Counted from the first letter of the stretch, positions 46,672 through 58,870 are shown. The stretch is DNA of 59,856 nt from Desulfotomaculaceae bacterium (GCA_028702435.1 JAQVOX010000001.1:1-59856), one strand, 5' to 3'. Numbers and translations: made by a program. The notes: generated from the letters alone by a model not told the origin.

Positions 46672-47370
46672 ATGGGTGTGATTTCAATGAAGCAATTATT
46701 GGAAGCAGGGGTTCACTTCGGCCATCAAACCCGCCGGTGGAATCCTAAAATGGCTCCTTTTATCTTTACAGACCGTAATGGTATCTACATTATAGACTTG
46801 CAAAAGACTGTCAGGAAGGTAGAGGAAGCGTATAACTTTGTTAAGCAGCTTTCTCTGGAAGGTGATGCTATTCTTTTTGTCGGTACAAAGAAGCAAGCCC
46901 AGGAATCAATACGGGAAGAAGCGGAACGGTGTGGGATGTTTTATGTAAACCAGCGTTGGTTAGGCGGTATGCTTACTAACTTCCAGACCATTAGACGCCG
47001 GATCGACCGTCTGCACGAGTTGGAAAAAATGGAAAGCAATGGTACTATGGAGGTGCTCCCTAAAAAAGAAGTAGCCGAATTGTTGCATGAAAAGGAAAAA
47101 CTGCAAAAGTTTTTGGGTGGTATCAAAGACATGCGGCGTCTTCCGGCGGCACTTTTTATTGTGGATCCTCGTAAGGAACGCATTGCTGTTGCCGAAGCAC
47201 GAAAACTAGGCATCCCTATTGTGGCTATTGTAGATACCAACTGCGATCCCGATGAGATTGACTATATTATACCAGGTAATGATGATGCCATTAGGGCGGT
47301 TCGCCTTTTAACTGCTAAAATGGCTGAGGCTGTTCTCGAGGGCAAGCAAGGAGAACAACTTGCAGAATAA
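46672..47370 (+). CDS. rpsB: 30S ribosomal protein S2
   Basis: [23 protein letters not shown] moved the start to ATG 46672 after GGGAGGAGGTG. Confidence 0.97.
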   Translation: MGVISMKQLLEAGVHFGHQTRRWNPKMAPFIFTDRNGIYIIDLQKTVRKVEEAYNFVKQLSLEGDAILFVGTKKQAQESIREEAERCGMFYVNQRWLGGMLTNFQTIRRRIDRLHELEKMESNGTMEVLPKKEVAELLHEKEKLQKFLGGIKDMRRLPAALFIVDPRKERIAVAEARKLGIPIVAIVDTNCDPDEIDYIIPGNDDAIRAVRLLTAKMAEAVLEGKQGEQLAE

Positions 47371-47380
47371 ACGATCATTC

Positions 47381-47427
47381 AGGCGGGGGTTGTCTATAGG
47401 GAACCCCTGCCTTATTTCTTGTTTTCT
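47381..47427 (+). terminator. hairpin terminator/attenuator between rpsB and tsf
   Basis: 11-bp stem AGGCGGGGGTT/AACCCCTGCCT (one G-U pair) followed by a T-rich tract. Confidence 0.8.
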
Positions 47428-47507
47428 TATGTTTGATTGAGCGGGGGAAAACTTGGATATAATAATATAACATGAAAAAATGCTCTGTAAAGGAGGATAT
47501 TTGCAAT

Positions 47508-48951
<1,444 letters not shown>

Positions 48952-48956
48952 CTTTA

Positions 48957-49514
48957 ATGCTAAAAGAGATCATTAATGATGCTGAAAGTAGTATGAAAAA
49001 AACTATTGACGTAGTAAAGAAAGAGTTTGCCTCTTTGCGGGCCGGGCGTGCAACTCCGGCACTCTTGGATAAAATTAGCGTTAATTATTATGGTGTGCCG
49101 ACGCCTATTAACCAACTTGCTAATGTTTCTGTTCCTGAGGCTAGGCTGCTAGTAATTCAACCGTGGGACAAAGGAGTTTTGCCCGAAGTTGAGCGTGCGA
49201 TTATGAAGTCCGACCTTGGTATCACACCAACTAGCGACGGTACGGTAATTAGACTGGCCATCCCCCAGCTTACTGAGGAGAGACGGGCTGATTTAGTGAA
49301 GGTGGTTAGGAAAAAAGCTGAAGAAGGACGGGTAGCAGTGCGTAATCTGCGTCGTGATACTAATGAAAAACTCAAAGTCCAGCAAAAAGACGTTAAGATG
49401 TCAGAAGATGAGTTAAAGCGCAGCCAGGACGAGGTGCAGAAACTTACTGACCGTTACGTTAAGGAAATAGACGGGCTCTTATCAACAAAGGAACAAGAGA
49501 TCATGCAGGTATAA
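48957..49514 (+). CDS. frr: ribosome recycling factor
   Basis: EFASLRAGRATPALLD, IQPWD, PQLTEERR. I moved the start to ATG 48957. Confidence 0.96.
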   Translation: MLKEIINDAESSMKKTIDVVKKEFASLRAGRATPALLDKISVNYYGVPTPINQLANVSVPEARLLVIQPWDKGVLPEVERAIMKSDLGITPTSDGTVIRLAIPQLTEERRADLVKVVRKKAEEGRVAVRNLRRDTNEKLKVQQKDVKMSEDELKRSQDEVQKLTDRYVKEIDGLLSTKEQEIMQV

Positions 49515-49519
49515 TAGAA

Positions 49520-49729
49520 ATGAGTCAATTACCTGACGTTATTGGTTTTCCTTTAGAGGAAGCTATTGAGCATTGCAAGACGATGGGATATACTGTTAAT
49601 ATATTACTCGCTAGGCCGGTTAGGGAGTTCTCCGGCGAGAAACTGCGAGTTGTGCGTTTTAAGTTGGTTTCAAAAAATAAAGGGGAGTTAACCGTGGTTT
49701 ATGAGGATACAATGAAAGGAGGTGGGTGA
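49520..49729 (+). CDS. hypothetical 69-aa protein
   Basis: ORF directly after frr, with its stop overlapping the ferredoxin ATG (TGATG). I recognise no family; the LPDVIGFPLEEA opening is weakly PASTA-like. Confidence 0.5.
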   Translation: MSQLPDVIGFPLEEAIEHCKTMGYTVNILLARPVREFSGEKLRVVRFKLVSKNKGELTVVYEDTMKGGG

Positions 49730-49902
49730 TGGTGGCCTATAAGATTACTGATGACTGTGTGGGTTGTGGCACTTGTAAAGATTCATGTCCAAATGAAGCA
49801 ATTATTGATGATGGTGATGTATGTAGGATTGATTCGGATTTGTGTAAAGACTGCGGTGTCTGCATTGATTCCTGCCCCACGGGAGCCATTATTGAAGAGT
49901 AG
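49729..49902 (+). CDS. 2x[4Fe-4S] clostridial-type ferredoxin (57 aa, below ORF-track cutoff)
   Basis: My own translation is MVAYKITDDCVGCGTCKDSCPNEAIIDDGDVCRIDSDLCKDCGVCIDSCPTGAIIEE, with two CxxCxxCxxxCP motifs. Confidence 0.85.
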   Translation: MVAYKITDDCVGCGTCKDSCPNEAIIDDGDVCRIDSDLCKDCGVCIDSCPTGAIIEE

Positions 49903-49908
49903 TGGAAC

Positions 49909-49940
49909 AACCCCCTCACCTATTCGAGGGGGTTATTTAT
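49909..49940 (+). terminator. intrinsic terminator after the ferredoxin gene
   Basis: AACCCCCTC-loop-GAGGGGGTT followed by ATTTAT. Confidence 0.8.
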
Positions 49941-49965
49941 ATATGCCCCGGGAGGACATAGTTTA

Positions 49966-50757
49966 ATGATTAAGAAAATCTTTGACTTTTTCCGGCACAA
50001 AAAAAAGTCTGATCAGGTGCTGGAAGCTCAAGAGTTGTTAAAAGTCATTGATAAACAAAAATTGCCCAGACACATTGCCATTATCATGGATGGCAACGGC
50101 AGGTGGGCACAGAGGCGGGGAATGCCTCGTGCATCTGGCCACCGGGCCGGAACAGAAGCTCTCAGGGATGTAATCAAGCTTTGTTGTGAGCTGAATATCC
50201 AGGTGCTAACAGTATATGCTTTCTCCACTGAAAACTGGAAAAGACCTAAAGATGAAGTTAATATCCTGATGGCGCTGTTGGTCGAATACTTAAATAAGGA
50301 AAAAAATGAATTACACCAAAATGGGGTACGGATAAATCCGATCGGTAGGTTGGAGGAATTGCCGCAACCGGCCCTAGATGCCCTGATTAAGGCTGTTGAG
50401 TTAACCCGTGAAAATAAAAATCTTATTCTTAACGTAGCCTTGAACTACGGCGGGCGAACAGAAATTATTGACGTCATACGGGCGATCGCAGCCGATGTGG
50501 AAAAAGGCTCTCTGAAAGCTAACCAGATTGATGCCAGTATGGTTTCGGAACATTTATACACTGCCGGCCAGCCTGACCCGGATTTATTAATTCGGCCTTC
50601 TGCTGATTCCCGCATAAGCAATTTTTTACTGTGGCAGTTAGCTTACACCGAATTCTGGTTTACTTCTACGCTGTGGCCTGATTTTCGGCGCGCCCATTTA
50701 TTGCAGGCGCTGGTTGATTTTCAGCGGCGAGAGCGTCGTTTCGGAGGTTTAAAGTGA
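49966..50757 (+). CDS. uppS: isoprenyl transferase (undecaprenyl diphosphate synthase)
   Basis: HIAIIMDGNGRWA, FSTENWKRP, RISNFLLWQLAYTEF. Confidence 0.95.
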   Translation: MIKKIFDFFRHKKKSDQVLEAQELLKVIDKQKLPRHIAIIMDGNGRWAQRRGMPRASGHRAGTEALRDVIKLCCELNIQVLTVYAFSTENWKRPKDEVNILMALLVEYLNKEKNELHQNGVRINPIGRLEELPQPALDALIKAVELTRENKNLILNVALNYGGRTEIIDVIRAIAADVEKGSLKANQIDASMVSEHLYTAGQPDPDLLIRPSADSRISNFLLWQLAYTEFWFTSTLWPDFRRAHLLQALVDFQRRERRFGGLK

Positions 50758-50786
50758 GATCGAACAACTGACAGGCTGGTGAAGAT

Positions 50787-51575
50787 GTGTTATTACAAAG
50801 AGTTTTAAGCGCCCTGGTGGGCATACCCCTGATTGTACTGGTCGTTTGGCATGGTGGTTTGCCGCTGCTGTTGCTAATCGCAGTTATTATTTTTTTTGGG
50901 TTAAGGGAAATGAATGTAATGCTGTCCAATTTGGGACTGAAACCGTCGTTATGGCTAGCCTTGGCTGGAGGTTTAGTTTTAATTGTTGGCGCATATCTTT
51001 ATAATGATGGTTATCCAGGGCCGACAATCACAATAATATTATTCCTTCAGCTGATCGCAACCGTGGTATTATACCCGCATTACTCATTGTTGGACAGTGC
51101 AGGTACTCTAATGGGGACTCTCTATGTGGGTCTGATGAGTTACTTTTATCTGATCAGAACTTTGCCGGACGGCTGGATTTGGCTTATTTTTATGTTTGCC
51201 TGTACCTGGAGCTGTGATACCGCAGCTTATTTTTCAGGAAAAGCTTTTGGCAAGAGAAGGCTTGCTCCGGAGTTAAGCCCCAAGAAAACGCTTGAAGGGG
51301 CTATTGGCGGCTTAATTGGCAGTCTATTAATTGCTTATATTTTTACCCTTATTTATCCTTTTTTATCTGTACTCAAATTGCTGTTATTGGGGGCTTTGTT
51401 GGGTATTGCCGCCGAGGTGGGTGACCTGCTCGAGTCTGCATTTAAAAGACAGGCCGGTGTTAAAGATTCAAGCACCTTGATACCGGGCCATGGCGGGATT
51501 CTCGACCGTTTTGACAGCGCCCTGTTTACCGCCCCGCTTGTGTATTATTACGTTAGGTTATTTATAATGGTTTGA
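50787..51575 (+). CDS. cdsA: phosphatidate cytidylyltransferase
   Basis: Multi-TM protein with SPKKTLEG and the signature GDLLESAFKRQAGVKDSSTLIPGHGGILDRFDS. Confidence 0.92.
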   Translation: MLLQRVLSALVGIPLIVLVVWHGGLPLLLLIAVIIFFGLREMNVMLSNLGLKPSLWLALAGGLVLIVGAYLYNDGYPGPTITIILFLQLIATVVLYPHYSLLDSAGTLMGTLYVGLMSYFYLIRTLPDGWIWLIFMFACTWSCDTAAYFSGKAFGKRRLAPELSPKKTLEGAIGGLIGSLLIAYIFTLIYPFLSVLKLLLLGALLGIAAEVGDLLESAFKRQAGVKDSSTLIPGHGGILDRFDSALFTAPLVYYYVRLFIMV

Positions 51576-51588
51576 GGAGACAATAAAA

Positions 51589-52635
51589 TTGCCCAAGAAT
51601 TTACTGATCATCATCTATATCATCCTAGCCGTTGTCCTTGCCCTTGCCGCTGTTATCTACGTACTGCCAATATTGATTCCGTTTATTATCGCCATCGTGT
51701 TTAGTTCCTTGATGGAACCGATCATCAGGCTGCTGCAGCACAGGGTGAGAATTCCCCGCGGGATGGCCACTCTCGTAGCTATGGTTGTTGTATTTGGCGG
51801 AATCGGAATCGTTTTTACCGTGATTGTATTACGACTGGTGGCGGAGTTGATGCACCTTTCGGTTTCGCTGCCTGGGGTCGTCGCAGAACTCAGGGTATAT
51901 TATCAAGATCTGATTGAGAAAGCAACAGTTTTCTACATAAGTCTTCCACCAGGTGTTAACGCTTCCCTTGAACAAAGTATAAACAGCCTCGCCATGAACC
52001 TCCAGGGCTTGATCACCGGCTTTGTTAATTACATACTGCAATTTATTTCATATCTTCCCGGCACATTGACCATTCTGTTGGTGAGTGGCCTAGCTACTTA
52101 TTTTTTTGCCAGGGACCGCAGCTTAATTGTTCAATTTTACTTGCGTGTTATTCCGGCCCCCTGGGGAACAAAATCTATAGAAGTAATGCGTGCAATAGCT
52201 GCTGCATTTACCAAATATATTCGTGCGCAGGCTATTTTGATTACCATTACTATCATCCTTAGTATTGCCGGGCTATCTCTAATTGGAGCCAATTACGCCG
52301 TTACTGTGGGCCTGTTAATTGGTCTATTTGACCTTATCCCTGTTCTTGGTCCGGCAACCGTCTTCTTGCCTTGGATCATCTGGTCTCTGGCTACAGGCGC
52401 CACTGGTTTAGGGATTAAACTGAGTATTTTATACATGGTTTTGGCCACGGTCAGACAGATTTTTGAAACCAAGATTGTCTCCGCTAGCCTCGGATTGCAC
52501 CCGTTAGCAACGCTTATTTCAATGTATGCTGGTTTGAAAATTATGGGTTTTGCTGGTTTAGTTGTTGGTCCGATTTTGCTTATTGCTATCCAGGCTACTT
52601 TAAAAGCGGGAGTATTGAACCATAAAATAAAGTAA
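51589..52635 (+). CDS. AI-2E family transporter (YtvI-like sporulation integral membrane protein)
   Basis: Multi-TM protein with IPVLGPATVFLPW and LGLHPLATLISMYAGLKIMGFAGLVVGP. It is a paralog of the gene at the window start. Confidence 0.8.
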   Translation: MPKNLLIIIYIILAVVLALAAVIYVLPILIPFIIAIVFSSLMEPIIRLLQHRVRIPRGMATLVAMVVVFGGIGIVFTVIVLRLVAELMHLSVSLPGVVAELRVYYQDLIEKATVFYISLPPGVNASLEQSINSLAMNLQGLITGFVNYILQFISYLPGTLTILLVSGLATYFFARDRSLIVQFYLRVIPAPWGTKSIEVMRAIAAAFTKYIRAQAILITITIILSIAGLSLIGANYAVTVGLLIGLFDLIPVLGPATVFLPWIIWSLATGATGLGIKLSILYMVLATVRQIFETKIVSASLGLHPLATLISMYAGLKIMGFAGLVVGPILLIAIQATLKAGVLNHKIK

Positions 52636-52680
52636 CGTCCTTGAGAAATAAAAAATATAATTAATTTATTGGAGATTAAT

Positions 52681-53841
52681 GTGAAAAAGATAGTTGTTCT
52701 TGGTAGTACAGGCTCAATTGGCAGGCAAACCCTGGAGGTAATTAATAGGTGGCCTGAGGAGTTTAAAATTGTTGGCCTAGCGGCAGGGGGGAACTGGCAG
52801 CTATTGGCAGAGCAGATCAGGCAGTTCCGGCCTGATGCTGCTGTCTTAGCCGGCGAGCAGGAACTGCGCTCGCTTCGTGATGCGCTAAATCCTGCCGAAA
52901 CCCCGGATTTAGCTTGGGGCAAGTATGGCCTGGAAGATCTGGCCAGGTTGCCGCAGGCCGACATTGTTGTTGTTGCCGTTACTGGGGCCACCGGGATCTA
53001 CCCGACTATCGCCGCTATTAGTGCCGGCAAGGTTGTGGCCCTGGCCAACAAGGAAACACTGGTTGCCGCCGGGCATCTGGTCATGGACCTGGTTGACCGT
53101 AAAAAAACCGCCCTGCTGCCTATTGACAGCGAACATTCTGCGATCTGGCAGTGTCTGGCCGGCCAGGCTAATAGCGCTGTTGAAAAAATCATCCTTACTG
53201 CCTCCGGAGGGCCTTTCCGGAATTTGAGCCTTAAGGAAATGGAAAACGTAACAGTAGCTATGGCGCTTTGTCACCCTAACTGGCAAATGGGTAATAAAAT
53301 TACCATTGATTCAGCGACTTTGATGAACAAAGGTTTGGAAATAATAGAAGCAAAATGGTTGTTTGGGGTAAGCTATGAGCAAATAGAAGTGGTGGTTCAC
53401 CCGCAGAGTATTATCCATTCAGCGGTTGAGTTTTTAGACGGGTCGGTGATCGCCCAAATGGGACTGCCGGATATGCGCCTGGCGATTCAGTATGCCCTAA
53501 CCTATCCGGAGCGCCGGCCAGGTAACCGGCCTGGGTTAAAGCTGACCGGCTTACACAGTTTGACTTTTGAGGAGCCGGATATGAAAAAGTTCCCGTCGTT
53601 AAAACTTGCCATTGATGCTGGTAAGGCCGGTGGTACTATGCCCGCAGTGTTAAATGCTGCCAATGAAATTGCCGTTTCCTCGTTTTTAGAAGGAAAGCTT
53701 TCATTTCGGGCCATACCGGCTGTCGTCAGTGCCGTTATGGAAAAGCACCGGATCATTAACCGGCCTGGTCTTGAAGAAATTATGGAAGCGGATCGTTGGG
53801 CCAGAAAGACTGGAGCTGATTTGGGTAAAAGTTTAATTTAG
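52681..53841 (+). CDS. dxr: 1-deoxy-D-xylulose 5-phosphate reductoisomerase
   Basis: KKIVVLGSTGSIG, LANKE, DSEHSA, TASGGPF, HPNWQMG. I moved the start to GTG 52681. Confidence 0.96.
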   Translation: MKKIVVLGSTGSIGRQTLEVINRWPEEFKIVGLAAGGNWQLLAEQIRQFRPDAAVLAGEQELRSLRDALNPAETPDLAWGKYGLEDLARLPQADIVVVAVTGATGIYPTIAAISAGKVVALANKETLVAAGHLVMDLVDRKKTALLPIDSEHSAIWQCLAGQANSAVEKIILTASGGPFRNLSLKEMENVTVAMALCHPNWQMGNKITIDSATLMNKGLEIIEAKWLFGVSYEQIEVVVHPQSIIHSAVEFLDGSVIAQMGLPDMRLAIQYALTYPERRPGNRPGLKLTGLHSLTFEEPDMKKFPSLKLAIDAGKAGGTMPAVLNAANEIAVSSFLEGKLSFRAIPAVVSAVMEKHRIINRPGLEEIMEADRWARKTGADLGKSLI

Positions 53842-53878
53842 CTGCTTCATCTGGATTAAACGTGGGTGGTGTTTGATA

Positions 53879-54916
53879 ATGTTAACCTTTATCGCTTCGA
53901 TATTTGTATTTGGACTGTTGATTATATTTCATGAATTTGGACACTTCACTGTGGCCAAATGGGTTGGTATTAAAGTACACGAATTCAGCCTGGGCCTCGG
54001 ACCCAAGCTGTTCGGCATCCATAAAGGGGAGACCGCCTATAATTTGCGTGCCCTGCCCGTGGGTGGTTTTGTGCGCATGGCTGGGATGGATCCGGAAGAA
54101 GAGGACGAAAAAGATACTGAGCGCGGCTTTAATCAGAAAACTGTCGGGCAGCGGGCAGCCGTAATTTTTGCCGGACCGCTAATGAATTTCTTACTGGCCG
54201 TGATTCTATTGGCACTGGTTTTCGTGTTTCAGGGCGTACCGGTGAACACAACGAAGGTTCAGGAGGTTATACCTGCTTACCCTGCGGAAAAGGCTGGTAT
54301 CATTACGGGGGATAAAATAGTTGCTATAAACGGTCAATATGCCGAAGCCTGGGAAGAGTTAGTAGCCATGATTAGTGAGCGACCTCATGAGCAAATTACT
54401 GTTACTGTAAAGCGGGGTGATGTCGAAAAACAGTTTAACCTCACAACTGTCAGTGATAATCAGGACGGACGAGGAATGATCGGCATTGTACCGGAATTCG
54501 GCTATCAGAAAGCAGGGCCAGTATCCGCAGTAGCCATGGGATTTGATTGGACCGGCAGAGTTACTTTAATGATCATGGACTATATTCCTAAAATGATTGT
54601 TGGACAAGAGCCGGCAGATCTCGGTGGACCGGTGCGGGTAGTTGCTGAGATTGGTAAGGCAGCACAGGTTGGGGTCTTATTTCTCATTCAGCTGGCGGCC
54701 TTTTTGAGTATCAACCTGGGATTATTTAATTTGTTCCCAATCCCTGCCCTCGATGGCAGCCGGCTTCTCTTTCTGGGCTGGGAAAAGGTATTTGGCCGGC
54801 CGGTAGACCCGGTTAAGGAAAACTACATACACCTGATTGGCTTAGGGCTATTATTGATGCTTATGGTAGTTATCACTTATAATGATATTATTCAAATATT
54901 TCTAACGCAACAGTAG
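53879..54916 (+). CDS. rseP: RIP metalloprotease RseP/RasP (M50 site-2 protease)
   Basis: HEFGH motif, internal PDZ (GDKIVAING), NLFPIPALDG. ATG 53879 is preferred over TTG 53873 on RBS spacing. Confidence 0.92.
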   Translation: MLTFIASIFVFGLLIIFHEFGHFTVAKWVGIKVHEFSLGLGPKLFGIHKGETAYNLRALPVGGFVRMAGMDPEEEDEKDTERGFNQKTVGQRAAVIFAGPLMNFLLAVILLALVFVFQGVPVNTTKVQEVIPAYPAEKAGIITGDKIVAINGQYAEAWEELVAMISERPHEQITVTVKRGDVEKQFNLTTVSDNQDGRGMIGIVPEFGYQKAGPVSAVAMGFDWTGRVTLMIMDYIPKMIVGQEPADLGGPVRVVAEIGKAAQVGVLFLIQLAAFLSINLGLFNLFPIPALDGSRLLFLGWEKVFGRPVDPVKENYIHLIGLGLLLMLMVVITYNDIIQIFLTQQ

Positions 54917-54927
54917 GGGCAGCAATA

Positions 54928-55977
54928 ATGAAAAGAAGACAAAGTAGACCTGTTTTTTTTGGTAAATTGCAAGTAGGTGGCGACGCTCCGGTTAGTATTC
55001 AGTCTATGACGAATACCGATACCAGGGATGTTGCCGCGACTATTTCTCAAATAAATGAGCTGGCAGCCGCTGGTTGTGAAATCATTCGGGTAGCAGTGCC
55101 TGACCAGGAGGCAGCTGGGGTTTTACCAGCTATTTTAAAAGGGATAGATATTCCATTAATTGCCGACATTCATTTTGATTATCGGTTAGCGCTGGGTGCT
55201 CTCAGGGCAGGTGTGCATGGTCTGAGGATAAACCCCGGTAATATCGGCGGCAGGGAGCAGGTAGCGGCTGTAGTGAGGGCGGCCCAGGACCGTGGTGCCC
55301 CTATCCGTATTGGGGTAAATGCTGGTTCGTTGGAAAAAGAACTGCTTGAGCGGTATGGTGGGGTGTCCGCTGCTGCGATGGTAGAGAGCGCTATGCGCCA
55401 CATTGATATACTGGAGAAACTTCACTTTCATGATGTTAAGGTATCATTAAAAGCTTCCGGCATTCCTTTAATGCTGGAAGCTTACCGCCTTCTAGCGGCT
55501 CAAGTGGACTACCCCTTCCACATTGGGGTAACCGAGGCAGGAACTATACGCTCAGGGACAGTAAAGTCTGCGGTTGGGATTGGTATACTTTTAAATGAAG
55601 GAATAGGCGACACGATCAGAGTATCCTTGACCGGACACCCTTGTCATGAAATTCGGGTTGGCTATGACATCCTTAAAGCTTTGGGAATTCGGCAGCGGGG
55701 CATAGAATTAATTTCCTGCCCCACCTGTGGACGAACACAAATAGACCTAATTAAAATTGCCGGTCAGGTAGAGGAAAAGCTGCAGTTTTGGGACAAGCCG
55801 ATTAAGGTGGCGGTTATGGGCTGTGTGGTAAATGGTCCGGGTGAGGCCAGAGAGGCTGACGTCGGTATTGCCGGCGGCAAAGGATCAGGTCTTATTTTCC
55901 GCAAAGGCAAGGTAATCCGGAAAGTGCCGGAAGACCAACTGTTGGAAGAATTGCTTAAAGAAATAGAATCGATATAA
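54928..55977 (+). CDS. ispG: 4-hydroxy-3-methylbut-2-en-1-yl diphosphate synthase (flavodoxin)
   Basis: [33 protein letters not shown]. Confidence 0.96.
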   Translation: MKRRQSRPVFFGKLQVGGDAPVSIQSMTNTDTRDVAATISQINELAAAGCEIIRVAVPDQEAAGVLPAILKGIDIPLIADIHFDYRLALGALRAGVHGLRINPGNIGGREQVAAVVRAAQDRGAPIRIGVNAGSLEKELLERYGGVSAAAMVESAMRHIDILEKLHFHDVKVSLKASGIPLMLEAYRLLAAQVDYPFHIGVTEAGTIRSGTVKSAVGIGILLNEGIGDTIRVSLTGHPCHEIRVGYDILKALGIRQRGIELISCPTCGRTQIDLIKIAGQVEEKLQFWDKPIKVAVMGCVVNGPGEAREADVGIAGGKGSGLIFRKGKVIRKVPEDQLLEELLKEIESI

Positions 55978-55999
55978 AAATATACCTTGGAGGAGTTTC

Positions 56000-57709
56000 A
56001 TGCGAACAACAGAATTGTTAGCTCCAACATTAAGGGAAGTACCGGCCGAGGCGGAAGTAATTAGCCATAAGCTCTTATTAAGAGCTGGTTTTATCCGCCG
56101 GGAAACAGCAGGGGTATACACTTATTTACCTTTGGCTATGCGCGTACTGAACAAGATAAATCAGATTATTCGTGAGGAAATGGACCGCCAGGGCGGGCAG
56201 GAACTGCTGATGCCGATCATCCAGCCGGCTGAACTCTGGCAGGAATCCGGTCGCTGGGACGTTTACGGTCCTGAGTTATTTCGTCTAAAAGACCGGCACA
56301 ACCGGGAATTTGCCCTGGGACCCACTCATGAAGAAATCATTACCGCTTTGGTACGGAGTGAAGTTAGCTCTTACAAGCAACTCCCACTTTTGCTCTACCA
56401 GATTCAGAACAAATACCGGGATGAGCGCCGGCCACGTTTTGGTTTGCTGCGCAGCCGGGAATTTATTATGAAAGATCTATACTCCTTTGACCGCGATGAT
56501 GAAGGTTTGCAAATCAGCTACCAGAAAATGCATGAGGCCTATACGCGCATATTCCAACGCTGTGGTCTGCGCTTCCGTCCGGTGGAGGCCGATTCCGGAG
56601 CCATCGGGGGAAGTGATACACATGAATTTATGGTGCTGGCCGATTCGGGGGAGGCTGCTGTACTGTTTTGCGAGAAAGAAGAATGTGATTATGCTGCCAA
56701 TGTGGAGAAAGCAGCGCAAGTTATAGTTACGGCCGGGCACGATGAAGAGCCGGAACTGCTTGCTGAGATGTCGACTCCGGGCGCGCACACGGTAGAAGAG
56801 GTTTCTTCCTTCTTAAAGGTAACCCCGCAAAAAATTATTAAGACCTTGCTTTATGAAACAGGGCTGGAAGTGGTAGCCGTGCTGGTCAGGGGTGACCGGG
56901 AGGTTAATGAAATTAAGCTGGCGAACGCCCTGGGCTGCCTGCATTTGAGTTTGGCCGGACCGGACACGGTGCGTAGTATCACCGGGGCGCAGGTAGGGTT
57001 TGCCGGACCGGTAAAGCTTAATGTTAAAATAGTGGCTGACCTGGAGGTGGCGGCCATAGTCAATGCCGTTGCCGGCGCCAACAAGGATGATACTCATTTG
57101 ATCAATGTTAACCCGGCCCGCGACTTTAACATTGATGTTGTTGCCGATGTTAGGATGGTACGGGCCGGTGAACCGTGTCCGCGATGTGGGGAAGCGTTAA
57201 TTGAAGCCAAAGGAATTGAAGTCGGTCAGATTTTTAAGCTTGGGGACAAGTATAGTAAAGCGCTGAGGGCTGTTTATCTGGATGAAAGCGGCCGCAGTAG
57301 GTCGCTGATCATGGGCTGTTACGGTATTGGCGTAACCCGGACAATGGCGGCGGCTATTGAGCAAAATAATGACCGGGACGGAATTATCTGGCCGGCCGCC
57401 ATCGCTCCGTTTCAAGTGGTAGTGGTGCCGGTCAGTAACAAGGATGAAACACAGGTGTCTACGGCCGAAGTAGTGTATAACCGGCTGGTTGCAGCCGGGT
57501 TTGAAGCATTACTTGATGACCGGTCCGAACGTGCCGGAGTAAAATTTAAAGATGCCGACCTGATTGGTTACCCCCTGCGAGTTACTATCGGGGCCAAAGC
57601 GTTGGCTAATAAACAAGTTGAAGTCCGGGTACGTAGGACTGGTGAAGTACTGATGATTGATCAGGATGAATTGGAAAACCGTATTGGGGAGCTCCTGGGT
57701 GGGCTGTAA
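56000..57709 (+). CDS. proS: proline--tRNA ligase (bacterial type with INS editing domain)
   Basis: [39 protein letters not shown]. Confidence 0.97.
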   Translation: MRTTELLAPTLREVPAEAEVISHKLLLRAGFIRRETAGVYTYLPLAMRVLNKINQIIREEMDRQGGQELLMPIIQPAELWQESGRWDVYGPELFRLKDRHNREFALGPTHEEIITALVRSEVSSYKQLPLLLYQIQNKYRDERRPRFGLLRSREFIMKDLYSFDRDDEGLQISYQKMHEAYTRIFQRCGLRFRPVEADSGAIGGSDTHEFMVLADSGEAAVLFCEKEECDYAANVEKAAQVIVTAGHDEEPELLAEMSTPGAHTVEEVSSFLKVTPQKIIKTLLYETGLEVVAVLVRGDREVNEIKLANALGCLHLSLAGPDTVRSITGAQVGFAGPVKLNVKIVADLEVAAIVNAVAGANKDDTHLINVNPARDFNIDVVADVRMVRAGEPCPRCGEALIEAKGIEVGQIFKLGDKYSKALRAVYLDESGRSRSLIMGCYGIGVTRTMAAAIEQNNDRDGIIWPAAIAPFQVVVVPVSNKDETQVSTAEVVYNRLVAAGFEALLDDRSERAGVKFKDADLIGYPLRVTIGAKALANKQVEVRVRRTGEVLMIDQDELENRIGELLGGL

Positions 57710-58857
57710 TGGTTAAAAAGATATTGATTCTATCAGTCACTGTCGGTACTGGACACATGCGAACGGCCGAAGCCTTGCAGAAAGCAGCAGATTGTCTCTA
57801 CCCGGAGATTACGGTTGAGATCCTGGATACTTTCCGCTATGCTAGCCCTTTGGTGGAAAAAGTTGTTTTGGGCACATATATAGAAATACTAAAAATGAGC
57901 CCGGCGGTATATGGCTTTTTGTATCGCCAGGCTGAACATGGTCAGCCTTTGTCCGGCCGGGGAAAGCTGGAGTTTAACCGGATTTTGAATATGCTGGCGG
58001 CGCCCAGGCTGGTTAAATATATTCAAGCATATAAACCGGAGGTAATCGTCTGCACGCACCCCTTTCCACTGGGGATTATCTCTTACATGAAAAAGAAGGG
58101 GCTTTTTACGGGGCTGGTTTTTGCCCCGATCACCGACTTTACCATTCATTCTTTTTGGGTTTTCCCGGAGGTGGATTATTATCTAGTCGGAGCGGAACAA
58201 TTGCTGGAGCAGTGTGAAGAATTTGGGGTTAGCCGGGATAAAGTGCGGTTTACCGGGATACCCATAGATCCGGCCTTTGGTTTTCCCGGCAATGAAAAAG
58301 AATTAAGAGGTAAGCTTGGGTTCAAGCCTGATCTGCCCTTAATTTTGATTACGGGCGGCGGACTGGGCATGGGCGGCCTGGAAGCGGCAGTTAAGGCCTT
58401 GAGCGCATCCGCCGTTAATTGCCAGCTAATGGTTGTTACCGGTACTAACACTTTGCTGCAAGAAAAACTAGAAAAGCTCTCATCTTCCTTGTCTTGTAGT
58501 ATAAAAATTTATGGTTATATTAATAATATACACCAGTTAATGGCTGCAGCAGATTTGATGGTTGGAAAAGCAGGTGGGCTTTCTTGCGCGGAGGCCATGG
58601 CGGTAGGTCTGCCAATTTTTGTTGTTGATCCGCTACCTGGACAGGAAGAAAGAAATGCGGAATTTTTAGCCGCTACGGGGGCCGGCGTAAGGGTTAAAGA
58701 ACAAGATTTGGTGGCTCAGGTGCTGGCCTACCTGGCAGATAGTGACCGGTTGCTGGCGATGGCTCGCTCTGCAGTCGCCTTAGGTCGGCCCAGGGCAGCC
58801 TGTGATGCTATGAATATAATCGCTAAAGCGCTAACAAATAGTAAAGAAGTAATCTGA
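57709..58857 (+). CDS. GT28/MGDG-synthase family glycosyltransferase (UgtP-like diacylglycerol glycosyltransferase)
   Basis: LILSVTVGTGHMRTAEAL N-terminus and C-terminal GKAGGLSCAEAMAVGLP. TAATG overlap with the proS stop. Confidence 0.85.
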   Translation: MVKKILILSVTVGTGHMRTAEALQKAADCLYPEITVEILDTFRYASPLVEKVVLGTYIEILKMSPAVYGFLYRQAEHGQPLSGRGKLEFNRILNMLAAPRLVKYIQAYKPEVIVCTHPFPLGIISYMKKKGLFTGLVFAPITDFTIHSFWVFPEVDYYLVGAEQLLEQCEEFGVSRDKVRFTGIPIDPAFGFPGNEKELRGKLGFKPDLPLILITGGGLGMGGLEAAVKALSASAVNCQLMVVTGTNTLLQEKLEKLSSSLSCSIKIYGYINNIHQLMAAADLMVGKAGGLSCAEAMAVGLPIFVVDPLPGQEERNAEFLAATGAGVRVKEQDLVAQVLAYLADSDRLLAMARSAVALGRPRAACDAMNIIAKALTNSKEVI

Positions 58858-58870
58858 AAGCAGAACGACC

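Noticed and set aside
52293-52991. 232-aa antisense ORF spanning the ytvI-like/dxr junction, and similar long antisense ORFs at 24471-25019, 41152-41658, 29017-29559 and 47427-47894.
   Set aside because: All lie opposite confidently identified housekeeping genes. They have biased Ser/Pro/Arg composition and no start-site signals, so I treat them as shadow ORFs.
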